The position numbers were made by a program, and so were the translations under genes. A stretch of 61,246 nucleotides of DNA from Planctomycetota bacterium (GTDB lineage: Bacteria; Planctomycetota; GCA-002687715; DRQF01), in contig JAZGFI010000145.1 in the NCBI GenBank assembly GCA_036479435.1, forward strand, positions 1 through 61,246. The letters are read 5' to 3'. Positions within the stretch are counted from its first letter, which is position 1, and every line of letters starts with the position of its first letter. The notes under the pieces were generated by a model, which saw only the letters and a list, made by a program, of their open reading frames with translations, searched no databases and was not told the DNA's origin. Below, one piece after another: positions 47,233 through 56,388 of this stretch.

Positions 47233-49941
47233 TTAGTTCTTTTGTTGGAGGGTTCTCAGGCCGCCTTTTGGCAGGCCGCGGCGTTCGCGCTCTTCGTCGC
47301 TGTACTCGGTTCTCGAGAAATTTTGGGTCCAATTGCGTCCATCTTGGCCGGAGCCCAAAAGGAGCCAGCTTCGGCCCAAGATGTTGCGATGGTGTCCCGA
47401 GGAGGTAATCCAGCCCTCGTGGGCACTACGCGGGTCAGAGCCGCCAGCGTGGATATTCTCGGACCCGCCCGAACCGAAAAAGCCAACCCAACGCATGCGA
47501 TCGAAGGGGGTCTTTTTTTCCTTCACGGTGGGGTTTTCGTGCGCAAAAAAGCCCTGGACCGACATGTCGTGAGAGTGCATGCGCGCACATTCGACGAGGC
47601 GATCATTGAGTTGAACGGCGTGCCGCCCCATGAGCATGCGGTACTGATTGGTGATCGCGACCTGTTGCCGCTCGATTCCCTTGGCGATGCTCTTTTTCTT
47701 GTCGTTGTCGGCGATCCACAAGAATGAGGTATCGATGCGCAGGCGCTCTTTTTTGGAGTTCGCGAAAGTCTGAATGCTGACCTCGCCCTTGGCGGGCAGG
47801 AAACTCAAAAAGACCGGGTCGGCGGCTCCACGACCAATGCCAATGTCATCGAGTTCGAGATTATACTCAGCCAAAAGCTGCACTGATTTTAGGAAATCAG
47901 CTCCGACACTCGCCTTTGCCTTCGATGCCCACAGCTCGCGGATGGGCTTCACCCGAATCTTGATTTCGCGATTGGCAGTCGCGTGGCGTGACGCTGCATC
48001 GCCGCCAACGCCCCGGTAAGGATAGGGGTAGGCCTGCTCGTCAAAGATCAACTCGAGGGCGTGATGGCGCAGTGTCTCGAGCTCTTCGCGCATTGCGGCG
48101 AGCTTGGCGAGCTTTTGAAAAACAGGTTGGACCTCGAGTTTCTTCAATAGCGACGCCTTCGCTTCCAACAATCCGCGGTGAAAAGACGATGCCGCTCGCG
48201 GCCCCATGGAGCGCAAGACGATGTAAGCCTCTCGGCGAACCTTCGGATCAGAGTGCGCCAGTAGTGGCACGTTCTTGTCGATCGTGGCCTGGGCGTCGAC
48301 GCGCGCGACGTTGCGGGCGGTTAGATACTCTTTACCGATCCACACGAAGCCCTGTCTTGGTTTCTCAATTCCCATCGCGTCGGCGAGGGCTAGCTGAGCC
48401 TTGGGTTTTAGGCTCGCCATGTTCTTCTCGCCGCGCCGGATCATTGCGTGGCCGCGCGATTTTTTTCCAGTCAAGATGGCAAAAACCCCGGCGTCGATGG
48501 CGTCGGCGCCTTCGGGCTTCGACTTCGTTATGAGCGAAAGGATCGCCTCGTCGCTCAGTTCACTCCAGTCTTTGATCAGTTCGTTCTCGCCGTTGTAGAA
48601 GGCAAACTTCCCCTCGCGGTAACCGGCGCAATCAACGCGCTTGCCTCCCGTGACGGGAATACCCGTGAAAGAACGCGCATCTGCGGCGACCAAAGTCGAG
48701 ATCGTGTTTTGCATGCGCCGCAGGTGTTTTGACAATCGCAGCCGACGTTTGACGACGACCGCTTCGTGAGCCGAGACTTCCGCGCGGGCGACGAGGTGCA
48801 CCATCGATTCGTAGATGATCGTCGCTCCGGCGTAGTCGCGATTGCGAAAAGCCGCGGCGGCTTGGGGCCGGAGCCTGCCGAAGTCCGCTTTGGCCTCGTC
48901 GGGCGTTCCGGGCGAAACTTTGTTTGGCACTCCGCCAGCGGTGTTGGTGCGGTCGCGCAGGTCGTTACTGCGGTTTGAGTTTGAGACGGACTCTTCGTCG
49001 GTTCGCCTAGCTTCAGTGTCGCCGCGCGCGACGACGTCCCTTCCTTTGAGGAAGGCCTCAAGGTCGTTTCTGGCCTCACTGCCTGCGGGGAACTGACTGA
49101 TCTTTTCAACCAAGAATCCGCGCGCGTACTCCGTGCGGCCCGCCCGGCGTTGCTCCGCGAACTCCTCACGAGTCTTCTTCGCGCTTCGGCTCATCTTTTT
49201 CTTGAGCAACTTGCGAAGAGTTGTCGCGATCCCATTCTCGCGCAGCTCGAATGCCGTGATGGCAGACTGGGCGGCGATGAAATTGTCCTGTACCAAGTGA
49301 CCCTCGACTTCGAGCTTGACGGCTTTTAACAGCTGAATACGCCGTTGGGTCTTGCGTCGTTCCTCAGGGTTGAGAGGGAGGCGGCGGTTTGCCAGCTCTT
49401 CACCCTCGTCGCGCATGGCGGCTTCGCCGGTATCGCGCTCGTTGTCTAACAGCGCGTTTTTTGTGCCGGTCTTTGAGCCCTGGTTGTCGCCAGCTTGGCT
49501 GCGCAAGGAGTCGGGTCGGAACATCCAGGCAAAGATCGCCAATAAGAGGGCGATGCCGATCGCAAAAGGGACGTTGCTTTTTTTCTTGCGCGCATCGACA
49601 CGCTGTCGGTTTTCCCGGGAACTGTCGCCACGCGGGCCGCCGGCCGCGGTGTCGATGGCTTCATCGACGTGCAAGATGATGTCGCCCAGCTTGAGGACGT
49701 CTCCCCGGCCTAGCGTCTCGACGACCTCGAGGGTCTCCCCGTTCAATTCGGTGCCGTTGCTTGAACCGAGGTCCTCGGCCAACAGATTCTCGCCCACTTG
49801 AGTGATTCTTAGATGCTGCCGCGAGACACCAACCGCTTCTAAGGCCAGGTCACAGCTCGCGTCGCGGCCGACCGTCGTGACCTCTTTGACCAAGTCGTAT
49901 CCCGAGCGGCCGGTTTCGTCTTCAATAATGAGCTTGCGCAT
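47233..49941 (-). CDS. FHA + TM + large helical region + C-terminal CAP (SCP) domain protein
   Basis: TVGRDASCD...VSRQH...DLGSSNGT.LNG FHA, TM (VPFAIGIALLLAIFAWMF), and CAP motifs TNQYR...A.MHS.DM....FFAH, ENI, W.TSSGHHRNIL, WTQNF. The start was placed at MRKLII because the longer ATG overlaps the predicted transcription start. Confidence 0.85.
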   Translation of the reverse strand: MRKLIIEDETGRSGYDLVKEVTTVGRDASCDLALEAVGVSRQHLRITQVGENLLAEDLGSSNGTELNGETLEVVETLGRGDVLKLGDIILHVDEAIDTAAGGPRGDSSRENRQRVDARKKKSNVPFAIGIALLLAIFAWMFRPDSLRSQAGDNQGSKTGTKNALLDNERDTGEAAMRDEGEELANRRLPLNPEERRKTQRRIQLLKAVKLEVEGHLVQDNFIAAQSAITAFELRENGIATTLRKLLKKKMSRSAKKTREEFAEQRRAGRTEYARGFLVEKISQFPAGSEARNDLEAFLKGRDVVARGDTEARRTDEESVSNSNRSNDLRDRTNTAGGVPNKVSPGTPDEAKADFGRLRPQAAAAFRNRDYAGATIIYESMVHLVARAEVSAHEAVVVKRRLRLSKHLRRMQNTISTLVAADARSFTGIPVTGGKRVDCAGYREGKFAFYNGENELIKDWSELSDEAILSLITKSKPEGADAIDAGVFAILTGKKSRGHAMIRRGEKNMASLKPKAQLALADAMGIEKPRQGFVWIGKEYLTARNVARVDAQATIDKNVPLLAHSDPKVRREAYIVLRSMGPRAASSFHRGLLEAKASLLKKLEVQPVFQKLAKLAAMREELETLRHHALELIFDEQAYPYPYRGVGGDAASRHATANREIKIRVKPIRELWASKAKASVGADFLKSVQLLAEYNLELDDIGIGRGAADPVFLSFLPAKGEVSIQTFANSKKERLRIDTSFLWIADNDKKKSIAKGIERQQVAITNQYRMLMGRHAVQLNDRLVECARMHSHDMSVQGFFAHENPTVKEKKTPFDRMRWVGFFGSGGSENIHAGGSDPRSAHEGWITSSGHHRNILGRSWLLLGSGQDGRNWTQNFSRTEYSDEERERRGLPKGGLRTLQQKN

Positions 49942-49974
49942 GTGGGTCTCTGAACCTTGGAACATCTGGACTCA

Positions 49975-49990
49975 TGCAAAGGGCGTGCCC
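49975..49990 (-). promoter_or_regulatory. Sigma54 (-24/-12) promoter for the FHA-CAP / FHA / lptF / lptG unit
   Basis: Minus strand GGGCACGCCCTTTGCA has GG-N10-GC spacing and one mismatch to TGGCACG-N4-TTGCW. Confidence 0.78.
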
Positions 49991-50027
49991 CAGCTTGCAA
50001 CACTCAAGACGTACAGAAAGGTAGATA

Positions 50028-50040
50028 ATTCAATGATTTA
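50028..50040. promoter_or_regulatory. IHF-like site between UAS and sigma54 box
   Basis: ATTCAATGATTTA (+) and AATCATTGAATTA (-) each have one mismatch to WATCAANNNNTTR, in an AT-rich island. Confidence 0.5.
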
Positions 50041-50072
50041 GGACTAAATCGTTCTGTCGCCATCCGGCGAGT

Positions 50073-50092
50073 TTGTAAAGCCCTTTTGACAA
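50073..50092. promoter_or_regulatory. Candidate upstream activator sequence for the adjacent sigma54 activator
   Basis: Imperfect palindrome TTGTAAAG-CCCT-TTTGACAA (TGT-N12-ACA), about 110-130 bp upstream of the predicted +1. Confidence 0.55.
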
Positions 50093-50132
50093 GATGAGAG
50101 GCAGCCCCCACGTGGGCTTGCGAAACACGATA

Positions 50133-52277
50133 TTAGCGCCCCTGAGCCTTACCTCGCTTGATGTAGGGAGTGAGCCCGAAAATCTTGATCTTGCCGTCCA
50201 AGGTGGGGCGCGAAATTCCCAGGGCCTTGGCCGCAGTGGCTTTCTTCCATCCGTTTTCTTCGAGCGCCTTCAAGATGATCTCGCGCTCTTTTTGGTGTGC
50301 CGTCAGCTTGACGATGTCTTTCCAAAGATGCGTGTCGCCGCTATCGCTGGAACTGACTAGCTCTCCCGCGGTCACGTCTTTTGAAAAGTCATCTTTGCTG
50401 ATGATCTCGCCTCCGATCGCGCAGGCTCGCTGCACCTCGTTCTCGAGTTCGCGTACGTTGCCGGGCCAATGGTATTGGAGCAGGTGTTTTAGTGCGAGGC
50501 TGTCGATGCTCTTTTTGGCCTTCTTCTGCTTTTTGGCGAACAACTCCAAGAAAAACTCGACCAGTTTTGGGATGTCCTCGAGGCGTTCGCGGAGCGGCGG
50601 CATCTCGATGCCGATGACGTTGATTCGATAGTAGAGATCTTCGCGGAACCCTCCGGCCGCTACGGCCGCGCGCAAATCGCGGTTGGTGGCGGTGACAAAA
50701 CGAACATCAACCTTGATCGTCTCGTGGCCTCCGACGGGCCGAAACTCTTGCTCTTGCAGCACGCGCAAGAGTTTCTTTTGGATGTCGAGGCTGATGTCGC
50801 CGATTTCGTCCAAAAACAGCGTTCCCTTATCGGCTCGTTGCAAGAGCCCCGTCTTGTCACGATCCGCTCCGGTGAAGGCCCCTTTTTTGTAGCCGAACAA
50901 CTCGCTCTCAAGCAAAGTCTCGGGTATGGCGGCGCAGTTTTCTTTCACGAAGGTGTTCTTGCTGCGCTCGCTATTGATGTGAATGGCGCGGGCAATCAGC
51001 TCTTTCCCGGTTCCACTTTCACCGGTAACCAGAATGGGCACGTCGGATGGGATCACCCGCTCGAGTAACTGGAAGATCTCCATCATGCGCGGGCTGTCGC
51101 CGATGATGAAGTCGTAGTCGAACTCAAAGTCGGCTTTTTTGGGTGCGTGGCTTCGAAATGACTCGACGTCGATTTCCTGCTCACGGATTTTTGTGTTCAG
51201 AACTGAATTGAGTTCGTCGATCTCCTGACTGCGCTGGCGTAATTCGCCTTCGGCCTTTTTGTTGCGCTCATAGAGCCTCGCGTTCTCGATGGCGATCGCC
51301 GCTTGATCGGTAAAGGCCTCGATGAACTCGAATTCGACTCCGGTAAAGGCGCCGCTGCGAAAACGGTGATCGAGATAGATAAGGCCAATCGTGCGCCCGC
51401 GAACGCGAAACGGCAGGCACAAAACGCTGCGTAGCTTGAGCATCCCCACGCTCTCGAAGGCGCTGAATCTGCGATCGTTTTGCGCGGATGAAGAAACGAC
51501 GGGTTGACCGGTTTTGAGGACTTCGTCCACCAAGGATCGGCTGAATTTCATGTCGGCTTTGGTGACCGACTCTTGGTCGAAGTTGCGGGCTAACTTGACT
51601 TTCGGGGCCGTGTTGTCGTCGACGAGAATCAAAAAGCCGCGTTCCGCGTCCGTAAGCTGAATGACCGCGTCCATGATGAGGGTCAGGCAGCGCTTGAGGT
51701 CCAATTCGGAGTTGAGCGCCTTGGTCACTTCCATCAAGCGCACGGCGTTGGTGGGCATGGAGAAGGCGCGACGCGGGAACAAGCGCTCCGTGATCTCGAC
51801 GATAACTCTCTCAAGTTCAACGAGGCCACGTTCATCGCCGTAGTGCTTGCGGAACTCGACGAGAACTTTTTCGAGTTCTTCGCTCAATGCGCCCCTGGTT
51901 CCGCCGCCGCTGCGCGCCGAAATGACCACCTCGCGCTGTGCGGTAGGGGTGACTTCGTCAATTCCCGGCTCGAGCGACTCGGTAACTTCATCCGGGGCCT
52001 CCCCGACCCAGATCGGAACGTGGCCGATCTCAACACAGTCTCCGGATTTGAGGATCTTCTGCGAGACTTCTTCGCCGTTGACGCGCGTTCCGTTTTGGCT
52101 GCTCAGATCGATGAGCTTCCAACCCTTGTCGAGTTTCTCGAGTCTACAGTGATGTTGGGAAACAAAGCGTGACCCGATGCGAAGATCGTTGTCTTCGTTG
52201 CGGCCCATCGTCACCGCGTCTCCGGCGAAGGAGAACTGTTGACGGATTCCGCTTACCTCGACCACAAGATGGAGCAT
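50133..52277 (-). CDS. Sigma54-dependent transcriptional activator, FHA-GAF-AAA+-HTH
   Basis: FHA (MGRNEDND..VSQHH..SQNGT), GAF (AERGFLIL...RSVLCLP...IGLIYLD), GESGTGKE, ESELFG..KGAFTGA, FLDEIG, FREDLYYR, WPGNVRELEN, C-terminal Fis-type HTH. Confidence 0.93.
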   Translation of the reverse strand: MLHLVVEVSGIRQQFSFAGDAVTMGRNEDNDLRIGSRFVSQHHCRLEKLDKGWKLIDLSSQNGTRVNGEEVSQKILKSGDCVEIGHVPIWVGEAPDEVTESLEPGIDEVTPTAQREVVISARSGGGTRGALSEELEKVLVEFRKHYGDERGLVELERVIVEITERLFPRRAFSMPTNAVRLMEVTKALNSELDLKRCLTLIMDAVIQLTDAERGFLILVDDNTAPKVKLARNFDQESVTKADMKFSRSLVDEVLKTGQPVVSSSAQNDRRFSAFESVGMLKLRSVLCLPFRVRGRTIGLIYLDHRFRSGAFTGVEFEFIEAFTDQAAIAIENARLYERNKKAEGELRQRSQEIDELNSVLNTKIREQEIDVESFRSHAPKKADFEFDYDFIIGDSPRMMEIFQLLERVIPSDVPILVTGESGTGKELIARAIHINSERSKNTFVKENCAAIPETLLESELFGYKKGAFTGADRDKTGLLQRADKGTLFLDEIGDISLDIQKKLLRVLQEQEFRPVGGHETIKVDVRFVTATNRDLRAAVAAGGFREDLYYRINVIGIEMPPLRERLEDIPKLVEFFLELFAKKQKKAKKSIDSLALKHLLQYHWPGNVRELENEVQRACAIGGEIISKDDFSKDVTAGELVSSSDSGDTHLWKDIVKLTAHQKEREIILKALEENGWKKATAAKALGISRPTLDGKIKIFGLTPYIKRGKAQGR

Positions 52278-52393
52278 GCATTCCTCATAGATAGGTAACG
52301 GGTGCGCATCAGTCTCGACGCGCCATGATCATGAACCATGAACTTGACTTGGTGGCGTCGCGTGGATCATCGCGTTCGATTCTCGATTCTCGA

Positions 52394-54532
52394 TCAGTAG
52401 AGCGGTTCGAGCCCAGCGTAGCGAAGGATAAATTTCTTTCGTTCTCCGCTGTCGAATTCGATCGTAACGCGGGCGTCACCACCGCGCCCCGCAATTCCCT
52501 GAATTGTGCCGGGACCGAAGCTCCGGTGTTGAATACGGCTGCCTTTGCGGATTTGGAGGTCATCTTCCATTTCGTATTCGATCTGGCGATCCAGATCTGG
52601 CGCCATCTCGCCCCCCACGTCATCAATGACCTCGGTCAATTCTTCGGGGATTTCAGTGAGGAACACCGAGGGCAGGCTGAAAGCTTGGCGGCCAAACCGA
52701 GTGCGGGCTTGGGTCGTCAACAAGGTGACGCTTTCCATTCCGCGGGTCAGACCGACGTAAAACAGCCGCCGCTCTTCCTCTTGATCCGTACGACCGTCGG
52801 GGCGTTGGTGCGGGAAAAGTTCCGCGTCGAGCCCCATCATGATGACGTGTCGATACTCGAGTCCCTTCGCGGCGTGAACCGTCATGAGAACGACTTTGTC
52901 TTCTTCAACTTGATAGCCGTCCGTGTCGGTGTACAGCGAGATCTCTTCCAAAAACCCGCTCAATCCGCGTGAGCTCGGATTCATTTCGTAGTCGCGAGCG
53001 AAGCCGATGAGTTGCTCGAGGTTGCCGAAGGGATCGAGTCCGTCTGCTTTTTCCTTGAGGTGAGTTTCGTAGCCGGTCCGGTCGAGCACGCTTCGCAACA
53101 AACCAGCGATCGCGCCGCCTAGGTCCGCGCGAAGCTCTTCACTCAGCGCCGCGAACTGCCGGAGTGCCGCCGACGCGCGTTTGCTGAGTCCCGCACCCAA
53201 GTTTGGACTGCGCAAGAAGGCTCCGAGTGACAGTCCGGCTGACCTTGCGGCCTCTTCGGTTCGGTCGAGGGTCTTTTGGCCCAACCCGCGCGGCGGGAAA
53301 TTGATGATCCGCATGAGCGAGACACGGTCGTGTTCGTTGGCGAGAAAACGGAGCCAAGCGAGTGCGTCCTTCACTTCTTTGCGCTTGAAGAACTCCAGGC
53401 CGTGAACGACTTGGTAGGGGATGTTCGCCATCATCAGCGCCCGTTCGACGGGTAGTGACAGCGAATTGAGACGGTAGAAAACCGCGATGTCGCGCCGATT
53501 TTCACCCTGCGCTTGCAAGGTCTGGATGCGTTCCACGATCGCGCGGGCTTCCTCTGAATCGTCACTCAAGCGGCGCACGACAATCGGTGGCCCGTCGGGT
53601 TTCTCGGACCACAGCTCTTTTTCGCCGTGCTTCGAGTTGAAACGAATGACGGCGGAGGCCGCGCGAAGGATGTTGTTGACGCTGCGGTAGTTTTGTTCCA
53701 GGCGCACGACCTTGGCGTCGGGATAGTGCTTTTCGAAATCGAGGATGTAGTTGATGTCGGCGCCGCGCCAAGTGTAGATGCACTGGTCGGGGTCGCCAGT
53801 GACACAAATGTTGCGGTGTCCATCGCCCAATAATTTCGTCAGTCGATACTGGGCGAAGTTGACGTCCTGGTACTCATCGACGAGCAGATACTGGAAATAA
53901 TCTTGGACGCGGGCGCATAAGTCCGGATGAGTTTCGAGCAGGTAGACACTTTTGGAAATCAGATCGTCAAAGTCGAAGGCGCCGCTTTCACGCAAAAGAT
54001 CTTCATAGCGCCGGTAGATCTTGACGGCGTCTTCTTCCCATTGGCTCAGCGCCTCTTCCTCAGCCGCGTCGGGGGCGATCAGGCGGCTTTTCCAGGAACT
54101 GATGTAATCGAGGACCGCGCGCGCACCATAGGCGGTCTTATCGAGCACCAGTGCCTTGACGCAGGCTTTGATGGCGCTTTCAGAGTCGCTGCGGTCGTAA
54201 AGCGAGAAAGTTTCGGGGCGATCCAGACGACTTGCTTCGCCCCGCAAAAACTTCGAGCCGAAGGCGTGGAAGGTCGAAACCTCGGCGCCGCCCCCGCCAA
54301 TCAGGTCTTGCACGCGCTCCCGCATCTCTTTGGCCGCCTTGTTGGTAAAGGTGACGGCCAGTATCGTCTCCGGCGGTATGCCGAGTTCCACCAAGCGGGC
54401 GATGCGCCGCGTGATCACGCGCGTTTTTCCCGAACCGGCGCCCGCAATGACGAGCAGCGGACCTTCGGTGGTCGTAACCGCTGTGTGCTGCGCGGAATTC
54501 AGTCCGTCGGTGATGGAGCTTGCAGGGTTCAT
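52394..54532 (-). CDS. pcrA: ATP-dependent DNA helicase UvrD/PcrA
   Basis: AGAGSGKTRV, TFTNKAA.EM, VDEYQD, GDPDQCIY.WRGA, LEQNYRS, MTVHAAKGLEY, EERRLFYVG.TR, Tudor-like C-terminus (H.SFG.G). Confidence 0.93.
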   Translation of the reverse strand: MNPASSITDGLNSAQHTAVTTTEGPLLVIAGAGSGKTRVITRRIARLVELGIPPETILAVTFTNKAAKEMRERVQDLIGGGGAEVSTFHAFGSKFLRGEASRLDRPETFSLYDRSDSESAIKACVKALVLDKTAYGARAVLDYISSWKSRLIAPDAAEEEALSQWEEDAVKIYRRYEDLLRESGAFDFDDLISKSVYLLETHPDLCARVQDYFQYLLVDEYQDVNFAQYRLTKLLGDGHRNICVTGDPDQCIYTWRGADINYILDFEKHYPDAKVVRLEQNYRSVNNILRAASAVIRFNSKHGEKELWSEKPDGPPIVVRRLSDDSEEARAIVERIQTLQAQGENRRDIAVFYRLNSLSLPVERALMMANIPYQVVHGLEFFKRKEVKDALAWLRFLANEHDRVSLMRIINFPPRGLGQKTLDRTEEAARSAGLSLGAFLRSPNLGAGLSKRASAALRQFAALSEELRADLGGAIAGLLRSVLDRTGYETHLKEKADGLDPFGNLEQLIGFARDYEMNPSSRGLSGFLEEISLYTDTDGYQVEEDKVVLMTVHAAKGLEYRHVIMMGLDAELFPHQRPDGRTDQEEERRLFYVGLTRGMESVTLLTTQARTRFGRQAFSLPSVFLTEIPEELTEVIDDVGGEMAPDLDRQIEYEMEDDLQIRKGSRIQHRSFGPGTIQGIAGRGGDARVTIEFDSGERKKFILRYAGLEPLY

Positions 54533-54555
54533 GGAGAGGGGAGTGTAATTCCGAG

Positions 54556-54963
54556 ATGAAAGTGGTCAAGGCCGTCGGTACCGACCTTGTGGAGGTCGCC
54601 CGCATCGCACGCGCTCTCGAGCGCTACCAAGAGCGCTTCAAAGATCGGCTCTTTAGTGACGAAGAGCGTACCTACTGTGACGCGAAAAAGACGCCAGCAG
54701 TCCATTACGCCGGCCGATTTGCCGCCAAAGAAGCGGTTATCAAGGTACTCGGCGCGGGGTTCACCGCGGGCATCGCTCTGACGGCTGGGGGCAGTTTTCG
54801 CGAAGTCGTAGTGGAGCGGCAGTCCAGCGGACAGCCCCTAATCCGCCTGGAAGGACAACTTGCCGCCATGGCGGTCGAACGAGGTATCTCTGAGATCATG
54901 ATTTCTATCACCCACACGCATCAGCAGGCCATGGCTTTTGCGATTGGCCAGGGCCCCGCATGA
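54556..54963 (+). CDS. acpS: Holo-[acyl-carrier-protein] synthase
   Basis: GTDLVEV.RI, AGRFAAKEA.IK, G.P.I, ISITH....A.A. Confidence 0.93.
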   Translation: MKVVKAVGTDLVEVARIARALERYQERFKDRLFSDEERTYCDAKKTPAVHYAGRFAAKEAVIKVLGAGFTAGIALTAGGSFREVVVERQSSGQPLIRLEGQLAAMAVERGISEIMISITHTHQQAMAFAIGQGPA

Positions 54964-55562
54964 GCGACTGGATGATTCTTCCCCCGGTGGCGGCGCTCAT
55001 CGGCTGGTTTACGAACTTCATCGCCGTTCGGATGATTTTCCGTCCGCGGCGCCCGATCGGGTTTTTGGGACTGAAGATCCAAGGCTTGCTGCCGAAACGG
55101 CGCCATGAGTTCGCGGAGAACATCGCCTCGACCATCGAGGAGCACCTGTTTTCCGCCGAGGACGTTCAAAAGGCGATCAGCCACCCCGATGTGAAGACCG
55201 ACATCTTGGAGCTGGTGCGCAAGCGAATCGATCGCTTTATCGAAGAAAAACTCATCGGCGGCAATCCGATGATCGGCGCCTTTATCCAGGGCTCCTTCGC
55301 CGAGAAGATGAAGGCGAGTTTGGTTCAGGAGGTAAGCGGCCTCTTTGATGAGGGCGCGGGCATGATCGGTGAGGGCCTCGATCAGCGCTTGGACATGAAG
55401 AAAATCGTTGCCGAGAAGATCGAGTCTTTTGACATGGCGAAGCTTGAGGGCATTGTGCTCGCGGTCGCCAAAAAGGAGCTGCGCGCCATTGAACTTTTGG
55501 GCGCGGTGCTGGGCTTTATCGTGGGCGTCGTGCAGTTGCTCTTGCTCCGGCTGTTGGCCTGA
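54960..55562 (+). CDS. DUF445 family membrane protein
   Basis: IGWFTNFIAVRMIFRP...QGLLPKRR, ELRAIELLGAVLGFIVG; ATGA overlap with acpS. Confidence 0.88.
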   Translation: MSDWMILPPVAALIGWFTNFIAVRMIFRPRRPIGFLGLKIQGLLPKRRHEFAENIASTIEEHLFSAEDVQKAISHPDVKTDILELVRKRIDRFIEEKLIGGNPMIGAFIQGSFAEKMKASLVQEVSGLFDEGAGMIGEGLDQRLDMKKIVAEKIESFDMAKLEGIVLAVAKKELRAIELLGAVLGFIVGVVQLLLLRLLA

Positions 55563-55569
55563 GCTTGAT

Positions 55570-56379
55570 CTAAACTCGAGACTCGCGGTGAAGACGCCCC
55601 GATGCCAGGGGCCGCACATCGATTTCTAAACCCGCCAATCCGGTGGATTCTGCGAGTTGGCGGCAGATGTCTTGGCCCCGATTCCGATCGAGCCGCCCAA
55701 GCTCATCCGCTGCGAGTTCGATCCGGCCCCGGTCGCCGATCTTGCGCATTCGGAAATCTCTGAAACCCAAGGCGCGCAGCTCATCTTCGGCTTGTTCGAC
55801 GAGCTTAAGGTCGGCCGCGGTGACCTTTTGACCGTAGGGGAGGCGAGATGCCAAGCAGGGGGAGGCCGGGTAGTCGGCGGTCTCTAACCCTATTTGCCGC
55901 GAAAGGGCGCGGACTTCTTCCTTGCTTATCCCCACTTCAGCCAAGGGACTCACAACCCCTTGTTCCTCGGCGGCTTTGCGCCCGGCTCGAGCCTCCTTCA
56001 AATCACAGGCGTTGCTGCCGTCGGCGAGGTTTGAGTGGCCGAACTCCGGATGCTCCCGAAGCCGACGAAACAACTCGTCCTTGCAGAAATAACAGCGATT
56101 GGAGGGATTGGCACGGTAGTCCGAGTTCTCGAGTTCGAGCGTCGTCAGCCAGCGATGTCTAAATCCCAGGCTTTTTGCGACGCGTGCCGCCTGGGCTTTT
56201 TGGTGTTGCGACAAAGAGGGCGAGACGCCAGTGACCGCCAAGAATCGGGGCCCGAGCGTGCGCTGCGCAATGGCGGCTAGCAGGCTGGAATCGACACCTC
56301 CGCTGTAGGCGACCACGAGTGGAGTGAGGTCGCGCAAGCGATCTTCCAGAGCGCTCAGTTTGCGGCCCAGATCCGTCAA
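55570..56379 (-). CDS. larE: ATP-dependent sulfur transferase LarE
   Basis: PP-loop AYSGGVDS, N...RCYFCK, DGSN, SPL....KEEVR, SPCLASRLPYG, GF.DFRMR. Confidence 0.9.
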   Translation of the reverse strand: MTDLGRKLSALEDRLRDLTPLVVAYSGGVDSSLLAAIAQRTLGPRFLAVTGVSPSLSQHQKAQAARVAKSLGFRHRWLTTLELENSDYRANPSNRCYFCKDELFRRLREHPEFGHSNLADGSNACDLKEARAGRKAAEEQGVVSPLAEVGISKEEVRALSRQIGLETADYPASPCLASRLPYGQKVTAADLKLVEQAEDELRALGFRDFRMRKIGDRGRIELAADELGRLDRNRGQDICRQLAESTGLAGLEIDVRPLASGRLHRESRV

Positions 56380-56388
56380 GGGAGTACC

